Origin: Candidatus Woesebacteria bacterium
Lineage (GTDB): Bacteria; Patescibacteriota; Microgenomatia; UBA1400; PJMF01
DNA length: 64,000 nt
Reading direction: 5' to 3'
NCBI GenBank assembly: GCA_050123235.1
Contig: JASFHL010000004.1
Coordinates: forward strand, 40,558 to 104,557
The first letter of the stretch is position 1. Each line of letters begins with the position of its first letter. Below are positions 57,425 through 64,000 of the stretch, one piece after another. A program made the position numbers and the translations under genes. Below the pieces are notes generated by a model that was given only the letters and a program-made list of their open reading frames with translations, was not told where the DNA came from and made no database searches.

Positions 57425-57883
57425 CTAAAGCAATTCTGAGTCACTATTATCAATCGCTTCATTAGCTAAGCGATCAGCTTCTTTGTTTTTTTCACGAGAG
57501 ATGTATGTTACTTTTGTAGGGTAGGGGAGCAATGCTAATTTTTGCCAAGCCTCCTTAACAAAAACTTTTAATCTATCTTCTTTTACTTTCCAATTTTTAT
57601 TTATCTGTTCCACCACTAGCTTTGAGTCTAAATGCCACTTAGCAGCATCAATCTCGTGTTTTTGACTATAATTACTTATCCAAACTAAAGATTTTAAAAA
57701 AGCTAGATATTCTGCTTCATTATTAGTTTTTTTTCCCAAAAATAAAGATTGCTGAAAAACTTCATCTTTATCTTGATCAATAACATAGATTCCAGCTCCA
57801 GCCAAGCCGGGATTTCCACGAGAAGCTCCGTCTGTAAAAATTATTAATTGTTTTTTATTTTTAAAATGATGATTAGCAGACAT
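57425..57883 (-). CDS. rnhA: ribonuclease HI
   Basis: 'IFTDGASRGNPGLAGAGIYV...NNEAEYLAFLKSL'. Confidence 0.85.
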   Translation of the reverse strand: MSANHHFKNKKQLIIFTDGASRGNPGLAGAGIYVIDQDKDEVFQQSLFLGKKTNNEAEYLAFLKSLVWISNYSQKHEIDAAKWHLDSKLVVEQINKNWKVKEDRLKVFVKEAWQKLALLPYPTKVTYISREKNKEADRLANEAIDNSDSELL

Positions 57884-57897
57884 TTTTATTTTTAAAA

Positions 57898-58356
57898 CTA
57901 TTCTTCTTTTAATCTAATTGTCAAAACTCTTCCTTCTGGGGTGTCTTCTGAAACAGTTTCCAATGAATCAGCAGATTCACTTTCAGCAATCACCGTATGA
58001 ATCAAATGCCTTTCATAAGAATTTAAATCAAAAAACAAATAAGGCTTAGCTGTATCTAAAACAAGCTGAGCCTTTCTTAAAGCTCTATCTTTTACTTTTT
58101 CATCTTTATCAGCTTTATAATGATTAATATCAACTACTATTTTCTTTTCTTCTTTATCTTGGAAGATAGTTCTTAATAAATGCTCTATTGATTTAAGAGT
58201 TTCTCCGTTTTTCCCAATAAATAGGCTTGATTGGTTTTTATCTAAATCTAATGAAAATTCAATCCTTGAGTCTGTTTCATTAATTTTAATATCAAATTCA
58301 TCTTCAGCTAAATCTAAATAAGCAAAAAATTTTTTTAAATACGATTTAATTGTCAT
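57898..58356 (-). CDS. Jag/KhpB-like RNA-binding protein (KH + R3H)
   Basis: 'LFIGKNGETLKSIEHLL' KH-like, C-terminal R3H-like; conserved position after yidC. Confidence 0.7.
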   Translation of the reverse strand: MTIKSYLKKFFAYLDLAEDEFDIKINETDSRIEFSLDLDKNQSSLFIGKNGETLKSIEHLLRTIFQDKEEKKIVVDINHYKADKDEKVKDRALRKAQLVLDTAKPYLFFDLNSYERHLIHTVIAESESADSLETVSEDTPEGRVLTIRLKEE

Positions 58357-58382
58357 AAATTTTTTATTTTTATTAAAATTTT

Positions 58383-59150
58383 TTAGTCTGTTTTTCTAGC
58401 AAGCAGTCTTTGAGTATATAGCTTTAAGCCTCCCAAACCAGAAACAAAATATTGTTGGATAATACTAAAAACAGTGGTTGTAATCCAATACAAAGCCATA
58501 CCTGAAGGAAATCTTAAAGCAATTAAAGCCGTCATCACTGGCATCACAAAAATCATTTGCTTTTGCATCATGGCAGCCATTTCAGCCATGTCTTCTTCTT
58601 TTTCATTAGCTTTTTTAACTTTTTTTGATCTACTTTTATTAGGCACAATATCTGGAACTTCTCCTCCTGGAGAAATCATCAAGGCCAAAAACAATTGACT
58701 TATTCCTGCAAAAATAGGCAAGAAGTATCGCTGATCAGGCTGAGTTAAATCAAGCCATAAAAAACTATTGTTGATTACCTGACCATCAATTTCAACAGCT
58801 CCATTGTTAATAAAAGACATCAAAGCCTTATACAAAACAATTAAGATAAGCAATTGCAAAATTTGAGGCAAGCAGCCGGCCACTGGATTTACATTATATT
58901 TTTTATAAAGTTCGAGTTGAGCCATCTGTAAAGCTTTTTTATCATTTTTATGTTTTTTCTTAAGTTTGTCGAGTTCTGGCTTCATCTTTGTCATTTTTTT
59001 TCTTGATTTTAAAGAAGGTAGAGTTAGGGGAATCAATAAAGATCTGATTGCTATTGTAAAAACAATAATAGCAATGCCCATATTTCCTACAAGAGAGTAG
59101 AGCATTAACAATAAATTAGAAAAAAGTTCGACTAAAGTTGACATAATCAA
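58383..59150 (-). CDS. yidC: membrane protein insertase YidC (short form)
   Basis: 5-TM 60 kDa-IMP core, 'QQKQMIFVMPVMTALIALRFPSGMALYWITTTVFSIIQQYF' conserved C-terminal region. Confidence 0.85.
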   Translation of the reverse strand: MIMSTLVELFSNLLLMLYSLVGNMGIAIIVFTIAIRSLLIPLTLPSLKSRKKMTKMKPELDKLKKKHKNDKKALQMAQLELYKKYNVNPVAGCLPQILQLLILIVLYKALMSFINNGAVEIDGQVINNSFLWLDLTQPDQRYFLPIFAGISQLFLALMISPGGEVPDIVPNKSRSKKVKKANEKEEDMAEMAAMMQKQMIFVMPVMTALIALRFPSGMALYWITTTVFSIIQQYFVSGLGGLKLYTQRLLARKTD

Positions 59151-59175
59151 TAAATCCTTTTAATTAATGAAAAAA

Positions 59176-59367
59176 CTACCAGCAACTGATAATTCTCCAT
59201 AAAGCTCTAATTAACCCAACAATTGTACCATGTTTTTTGATTTCTACTATCGCATATTGACTACAGCTAGGATTATGCTTACAAACACTAACATAACCAA
59301 AAACAGAAAATAAAATTTGTTCTTTTATTTTTGCTAAGTGCTGGTAAAATTTAATTATTAAAAACAT
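59176..59367 (-). CDS. yidD: membrane protein insertion efficiency factor YidD
   Basis: 'CKHNPSCSQYAIVEIKKHGTIVG' YidD signature. Confidence 0.75.
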   Translation of the reverse strand: MFLIIKFYQHLAKIKEQILFSVFGYVSVCKHNPSCSQYAIVEIKKHGTIVGLIRALWRIISCW

Positions 59368-59447
59368 ATTTTCAAATTTTTATTTAATAATGTATTATAT
59401 ACTTTTGTTTTACTTATAAAATTAAAATAAAAAAAGAAAAATAGATT

Positions 59448-59714
59448 ATGAAATGGAGAAGGAAAGACGATGAACCAATTTCTGAAGGACCACCCTGTCC
59501 AAGGTGTTACAGCACTATGTATGCTAAAAGTTCCCAGTGGTTCTGCCCCAACCCGAAGTGTGATTTCAGCGAGGGCGGGTCTTTATCCAATTATCCAAAA
59601 TACTTTGGATCCATTGATGATGATGTCCAAAAAGCAAGATTACTAGCTGCTGCTAGAAGACGCAGAGAAAAAGCTGAAAAGAAAAAGAAAAAACGAGGAA
59701 AAAAGAGAAGATAA
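59448..59714 (+). CDS. small zinc-ribbon protein (CPRC...CPNPKC) with Lys/Arg-rich C-terminal tail, antisense to the rnpA-yidD operon
   Basis: ORF track; fills a 356-bp gap between rnpA and yidD; GC slightly elevated. Confidence 0.4.
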   Translation: MKWRRKDDEPISEGPPCPRCYSTMYAKSSQWFCPNPKCDFSEGGSLSNYPKYFGSIDDDVQKARLLAAARRRREKAEKKKKKRGKKRR

Positions 59715-59723
59715 TCCTTCTCT

Positions 59724-60092
59724 CTAAAATATTTTTTTTAAACTCTTAAACAACTCTTTTCTCAATCCCTCAAAACTTAGATCTTTCAACTTAGACTTTG
59801 CCATCAGAATCATTTTTAAGCTATTTTTCCTTTTGTTTTCAAGAGATAAAGCTTTATCTTTTAAATAAAATTCTTTTATTAGCTGATAAAGCTGTCGCTT
59901 TAATTTATTTCTAAGCACTGCTTTATTAGCAATTTTTTTGGGAATAACAACTGCAAACTGATCAAAGTTTTCTTTTTGATCTTCTAAAAGATAAAAAATA
60001 GTAAAATAGGGAGAGAATATCTTCTTTGCTTTTTTAAAAAAGATAGAGTTTACTTGAAGTCTTAAGTTTAAGCGATTTTTTTTAGCAAGCAT
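59724..60092 (-). CDS. rnpA: ribonuclease P protein component
   Basis: basic 122-aa protein, 'KKIANKAVLRNKLKRQL' RnpA motif; follows rpmH. Confidence 0.8.
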   Translation of the reverse strand: MLAKKNRLNLRLQVNSIFFKKAKKIFSPYFTIFYLLEDQKENFDQFAVVIPKKIANKAVLRNKLKRQLYQLIKEFYLKDKALSLENKRKNSLKMILMAKSKLKDLSFEGLRKELFKSLKKIF

Positions 60093-60131
60093 TATCTTAT
60101 TTTAAACCTCAATTATAAAAAGGCAAAACTA

Positions 60132-60281
60132 CTAGACTTTCTTTTTAACAGTTAGCTTTTTTCTGCCTTTTTTTCTTCGTCTCTTAAGCACTAATCTACC
60201 AGTTAAGCTTTTCATTCTCTTTAAAAAGCCATGCTTTCTCATTCTTTTTTTCTTTTTGGGATTCCAGGTTCTCTTTGGCAT
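60132..60281 (-). CDS. rpmH: 50S ribosomal protein L34
   Basis: Manual translation of the minus strand (not in ORF track, below its length cut-off): [49 protein letters not shown]. Confidence 0.85.
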   Translation of the reverse strand: MPKRTWNPKKKKRMRKHGFLKRMKSLTGRLVLKRRRKKGRKKLTVKKKV

Positions 60282-60350
60282 AAGTGGCAATTATATCAAT
60301 AAAATTAAATAATTAAAACTACTGATATCTTAAAAATGAGTAGATCTGTT

Positions 60351-60509
60351 GAACATTAATTTAGATAAATTTTGGACACGTTCGCTGCAGCATTAGTCTT
60401 ATTTTTAAGATACAAGGCTCACTCGGTGAAGCTCGGTAGTGAATAAATTGCTTATTCAAGTCTAACCAGACCTCGCTTCAACGGTCAAAATTTATCTAAA
60501 TTAATATTC
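60351..60509 (-). repeat. MITE-like palindromic repeat, full copy E (reverse orientation, ~28-bp TIR) between dnaN and rpmH
   Basis: gaacattaatttagataaattttggacacg ... cggtcaaaatttatctaaattaatattc; same core. Confidence 0.8.
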
Positions 60510-60526
60510 TAACTAATCTATTATTT

Positions 60527-61642
60527 TTAATTATTAACCCTAAACGGCATAATTATATGTTTATATCCTTCAAGCTCCTCTGGCTTAAACATAGCTGGTT
60601 TTAAGCTTTCATTTATTCCTATCCAAACTGTCTCGGCTTTAGTGTTATTTAAAAAATCTAATAAATACCTAGCATTAAAAGCAATTTCTTCTTCAAAATC
60701 ACTTTTATTTTTCTTCAGCAACTCAATTGTTCCTTGATAATTACCAAAACTGGGCGAGGAAGAATTAACACAAATTTTTTCATTGTTAATTTTAAGTTTA
60801 ATAATATTAGAAACATCTTTAGCTAAAATATAAGCTCTTTTAATCTCTGCTAAAAGTAAATCAGCACTTAGCACCACTTGATAGTTATAAGAATCAGGAA
60901 TTATTTTTTCATAAGGTGGGAAATCACCTTCAATTAATCTAACAAATAATTCATAGCCATTAATAATAAATTTTATTTGTTTTAACTCTTCAGAAACCTC
61001 CAAAATAGTTTTTTCAGACTGAGACTGATTCATCATTCTAAAAACTTCTGATATAGCCTTTACAGGGACTAAAAAAGTTCTTTCTCGTTTAAATTTAAGA
61101 CTATCTTCTAATAAAACACTTAATCTAAAACCATCTGTAGCAACTACTTCTAAACCATTATTACTTAATTTTAATAAAATTGAAGTTAAGATCGGTCGAG
61201 TTTGGTCTGTGCTGGTACTAAAACTAACCAATTTTTCAATTTTCTCTAAAACTTCCTTTGAAAGTTCATATTTTTCTCCTTTAATTTTAGGAAAATCAGG
61301 ATATTCACTTGCATCTTGAAATGGTAATTTAACTTTGCTCTGATTTGATTTTACATTGATAGCTGATTTTTTTTGTTCAAAGGAAATTTTACCTGGATTA
61401 AATGAATAGATCATTTGTTTAAACACATCTCCTGGAATCACTATTGAACCTGGCTTTTCAACTTCTGCCAAAATTTTACCTTTGATCCCTAAATAAAGGT
61501 CTGTAGCTGAAAAAACAACTTCATTATCTTTGGCTTCCATTAAAATAGAAGAGAGAATAGGTAAGTTTGGCTTGTTAGGAATTGCTTTTTGTAAAAAGTT
61601 TAAACATTGTTTTAAGTTTTCTTGTAAACAGTTGAATTTCAT
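60527..61642 (-). CDS. dnaN: DNA polymerase III subunit beta (sliding clamp)
   Basis: 371 aa, three-domain clamp pattern, directly downstream of dnaA. Confidence 0.9.
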   Translation of the reverse strand: MKFNCLQENLKQCLNFLQKAIPNKPNLPILSSILMEAKDNEVVFSATDLYLGIKGKILAEVEKPGSIVIPGDVFKQMIYSFNPGKISFEQKKSAINVKSNQSKVKLPFQDASEYPDFPKIKGEKYELSKEVLEKIEKLVSFSTSTDQTRPILTSILLKLSNNGLEVVATDGFRLSVLLEDSLKFKRERTFLVPVKAISEVFRMMNQSQSEKTILEVSEELKQIKFIINGYELFVRLIEGDFPPYEKIIPDSYNYQVVLSADLLLAEIKRAYILAKDVSNIIKLKINNEKICVNSSSPSFGNYQGTIELLKKNKSDFEEEIAFNARYLLDFLNNTKAETVWIGINESLKPAMFKPEELEGYKHIIMPFRVNN

Positions 61643-61981
61643 AAAATTGATTATACTTTACTTTAATATCTAATAAATTAATAAATTTAGTTGTAGTAAT
61701 AGTAAGCGTTGTTGAAAAGTTAATAACTTTTATTTTTTTATCTAAAAAACGAATAAATAAAGTTGTGAAAAAAACGCTTTTTTTCCTTAATAAAGTTCTT
61801 AGTAAAATTGGTAAATATTTTTTAGAACTCTTATTTTTTTCACTTTTAAGATTTTTTTTTAACAATAATTCACGATTAATTAAGTATGTTTTTTACATAG
61901 TTTTCCACAAAAGTGGAAAAGTTATTGGTAAAAGATATTTTTTTAATTCAACTTGTTTTAAAAAAAGACTTATAGATAAGT
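61643..61981. promoter_or_regulatory. dnaA-dnaN intergenic AT-rich region with DnaA-box palindrome (candidate oriC / DUE)
   Basis: 'TTTTCCACA aa AGTGGAAAA' at ~61901-61920 (TTWTNCACA consensus and an inverted near-copy); >85% AT. Confidence 0.5.
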
Positions 61982-63550
61982 TTAAAAAGAGTTTTTTATC
62001 AACTTTCTTCTTAGTTCACTAATATCTTGTTTTAGAAAACTATCTTGATCAATTAAAGCAGTTATTTTTCTAAAAGCATGCATAACACTAGTATGATCTC
62101 TGTTGGAAAACCACTTACCAATCTCTACAAATGAAATATGAAGCTCAGTTTTGAGTAAGAACATTGCTACATGTCTGGCTTTTACTAGATCTTTGTTTCT
62201 TCTTTTGCCTTTGATAGATATTTGTTTAAAGTTGTAAAACTTGGCAACTTCTTTAATCACTGTATCAGGTCTAATTCTGATTCTGGGTTTATTTTTACTT
62301 TCTTCCTTGGCAAGGATTGAGTCTATTAATTCGCTTGATAAGGGCTGTTGTTTAAGTTCTATAGCAGATCTAACAGAAGTAATAACACCTTCAATTTTTC
62401 TAGCACTGTCAACTTTTTCAGCAATCTGTTGAGCTAGATCAATAGCTAGGTTTAGATTATTTGCTTGCGCTTTAATTAAGACAATGGCTGCTCTAAGTTC
62501 AAGAGAGGGTTGTTGAATGTCTATCATTAAACCTGCTTGAAAGCGAGAGCGAAGTCTATCTTCCATGAGATTAATTTCATGAGGTGGTCGGTCTGAAGTT
62601 AAGATGATTTGTGATTGTAAGCTAATCAAGGCATTAAAGGTATGAAAAAATTCTTCTTGGACAGCGTTTTTACCAGCAATAAATTGAACATCATCAAGCA
62701 ATAAAATTTGAATGTTTCTAAATTTTTGTTTAAAGCGAAGTGCTTTTTTGGTTTGAATAGCACTGATGATTTCATTGGTAAATTCTTCACCAGTGCAATA
62801 AATGATTCTGGTTTCTGGGTTGCTTTTTAAAATATTATGACCAATAGCGTGCATTAGATGAGTTTTGCCAACTCCTACACCGCCGTATAAAAAAAGAGGG
62901 TTGTAGGCAGTGCCAGGTTTTTTTGAGACAGCAACAGCAGCAGCATGAGCCATTTCATTGGTGGTGGAGACAGCAAAGTTTTTAAAAGTATGATTTGGTC
63001 TAAGACCAATTCGTCTAGCAGCATTAATGGCTCTATCTTGAAGAGTTTGCTGGATAGTTTGTTTAGAAAAAAGATCTTCTACTCGTGGAGAAATATTACT
63101 GCTAGCATTAGTAATTGAAGCAAAGTTGAGTTTGGGGTTAAGATTAGGTTTATGTTGATTTGTTGAGGATTGAAGATTTTGAGAAGCTTGGTTAGGATTT
63201 ATTTTTCGAAAACCTTGTTTTTGTTTAAAATTTGATTGTTTTTTTGTAGCAGAATCTATTTGTTGAGGATCTCTTACTTGAAATTCTAAGTCAATTGTTT
63301 TTTTTAAAATCCTTTCAATTGAGTTTTTTAGTTGAGTGTAAAGATTTTTTTTAAGATTTGCTGCATGAAAGGCAGTTGGGGTACTAATTACTCCAGAAGC
63401 CCTGTTCTGATCTGTGTTTTTAATTTCTGTTAAAGGATTTGTAAGAATCCAAGTGTTAAAAGCCGCTGGAGTAAGTTGGCTTTTTAGATCTTCGCAAACC
63501 AGTTGCCAAATGTTTTTTACTTCTTCTGGAGGGAGAGCTTGATCAATCAT
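61982..63550 (-). CDS. dnaA: chromosomal replication initiator protein DnaA
   Basis: AAA+ 'GGVGVGKTHLMHAIG', C-terminal DNA-binding signature 'FSNRDHTSVMHAFRKI'. Confidence 0.95.
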   Translation of the reverse strand: MIDQALPPEEVKNIWQLVCEDLKSQLTPAAFNTWILTNPLTEIKNTDQNRASGVISTPTAFHAANLKKNLYTQLKNSIERILKKTIDLEFQVRDPQQIDSATKKQSNFKQKQGFRKINPNQASQNLQSSTNQHKPNLNPKLNFASITNASSNISPRVEDLFSKQTIQQTLQDRAINAARRIGLRPNHTFKNFAVSTTNEMAHAAAVAVSKKPGTAYNPLFLYGGVGVGKTHLMHAIGHNILKSNPETRIIYCTGEEFTNEIISAIQTKKALRFKQKFRNIQILLLDDVQFIAGKNAVQEEFFHTFNALISLQSQIILTSDRPPHEINLMEDRLRSRFQAGLMIDIQQPSLELRAAIVLIKAQANNLNLAIDLAQQIAEKVDSARKIEGVITSVRSAIELKQQPLSSELIDSILAKEESKNKPRIRIRPDTVIKEVAKFYNFKQISIKGKRRNKDLVKARHVAMFLLKTELHISFVEIGKWFSNRDHTSVMHAFRKITALIDQDSFLKQDISELRRKLIKNSF

Positions 63551-63745
63551 ATCTTTAGTGGGCTAAAGTATAGTTAATTATTAATTTTTAGGCAGGAAAA
63601 ATAAAGTGAGTTTATTCTATTGATCTTTTATACACAGATTTATCCACAGTTGGCAAGAAGGGATTTTTATTAAAAAAAACATTAAAGAAATAAAAATTTT
63701 TTTTGATATTATTAAACTTGAAGTTATTTTTTTTAAAAGAAGTAA
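63551..63745. promoter_or_regulatory. dnaA upstream region with two direct DnaA boxes (candidate oriC / dnaA promoter autoregulation)
   Basis: 'TTATACACA gat TTATCCACA' at ~63628-63648 (second is a perfect consensus box). Confidence 0.55.
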
Positions 63746-64000
63746 ATGGAAAAAAAAGATTTTTCTAGAAGAGAATTATTGAATTTAGCTGCCTGGTTTA
63801 CTGCTTTAACAGCTGGTGGATATGTGATTTCTCAGTTACCAAGAGTGCCTCAATTAATAATGATTAAAGAAAGAAGAGAAGGTTTAAGACAACTACAGCA
63901 ACTTGCTCTTTTTATAGATTTTCCAGAAGATGCTAATTTCGATCCAGTTTTAAGAAGGCTTTTAGGGGCATTATATAAATCAAGAAAAGATTTGTTTATG
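63746..64000 (+). CDS. hypothetical protein, N-terminal fragment (Tat-like 'SRRELLNLAA' motif), continues beyond window
   Basis: Open frame from ATG to window end. Confidence 0.35.
   Translation, partial: MEKKDFSRRELLNLAAWFTALTAGGYVISQLPRVPQLIMIKERREGLRQLQQLALFIDFPEDANFDPVLRRLLGALYKSRKDLFM

Noticed and set aside
10941-60509. Considered whether the conserved repeat core is a tRNA, rRNA fragment, or an IS200/IS605-type end with an omega-RNA
   Set aside because: There is no cloverleaf and no T-arm consensus. The elements have true terminal inverted repeats rather than subterminal hairpins. No TnpA/TnpB/IscB is anywhere in the window. A MITE-like or structured-RNA interpretation fits better. 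An RNA function is not excluded.
61575-62022. Two overlapping ORFs (96 aa minus, 85 aa plus) in the dnaA-dnaN spacer
   Set aside because: The spacer is >85% AT, the translations are Lys/Phe/Leu homopolymer-like, and the region carries DnaA-box palindromes. It is more plausibly non-coding oriC/DUE.
1-64000. Looked for CRISPR arrays, transposases, integrases, restriction-modification or toxin-antitoxin pairs
   Set aside because: There are no spaced direct-repeat arrays (the recurring elements are ~150-bp palindromes with unique internal spacers, not 25-40-bp direct repeats). No DDE/serine/tyrosine recombinase motifs were seen in any frame of the ORF track.

Overview
This is an AT-rich window (about 33% GC) with high coding density, one tRNA and no rRNA, CRISPR array or transposase. 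The gene content (ATP-dependent DNA ligase, a short ValRS, VirB4 plus VirB2-like pilins, mevalonate-pathway genes) resembles a small-genome, CPR/Patescibacteria-like bacterium, but taxonomy cannot be proven from sequence alone.

Layout from left to right:
- 1-8.7 kb: a cell-surface glycan locus. It has an O-antigen-ligase-family membrane protein (partial), several GT4/GT2 glycosyltransferases, a very clear homolog of plant RGP / UDP-arabinopyranose mutase (GT75), and a Wzm/Wzt-type ABC exporter.
- 8.7-13.9 kb: three consecutive secreted or anchored proteins. All share an N-terminal signal-anchor motif (TM helix followed by 'ILSQQxQ[DE]I[RN][RQ][QK]A'). Two also share a Cys-rich C-terminal module and a C-terminal 'LPxxGP[AE]DWLKYLK-TM' tail. 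This is a candidate new surface-protein sorting system, possibly glycosylated by the neighbouring locus.
- 14.2-18.3 kb: a tRNA with anticodon UAU (Ile), then a GC-richer orphan ORF and a MacAB-like MFP/ABC/FtsX exporter.
- 19.3-23.6 kb: uppS, a VirB4-like T4SS ATPase with a fused VirB3-like N-terminus, and a translationally coupled Pro/Ala/Thr/Gln-rich protein.
- 24-42 kb: housekeeping and envelope genes (DUF192, lgt, NagZ-like GH3, pth, two GT2, a GT28, ATP-dependent DNA ligase, Fic, Nnr, recF).
- 42.9-46.7 kb: an ECF sigma factor read divergently from seven tandem paralogous two-TM small proteins (VirB2/TrbC-like T4SS pilin candidates), with a strong terminator after the sixth.
- 46.7-50.2 kb: mevalonate-pathway genes (mvd, mvk, idi).
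- 50.4-64 kb: valS, rplY, a DUF4012-like large protein, then rnhA-jag-yidC-yidD-rnpA-rpmH-dnaN-dnaA, all on the minus strand. DnaA boxes upstream of dnaA and between dnaA and dnaN indicate the replication origin lies here.

A roughly 150-bp MITE-like palindromic repeat family occurs as 5 full and 4 partial copies, plus one divergent relative, all intergenic. Copies have divergent but complementary terminal inverted repeats and a conserved GC-richer core.

Coordinates taken from the ORF track are exact. Coordinates I derived by hand (tRNA, repeats, DnaA boxes, terminator, rpmH) may be off by 1-2 bases.
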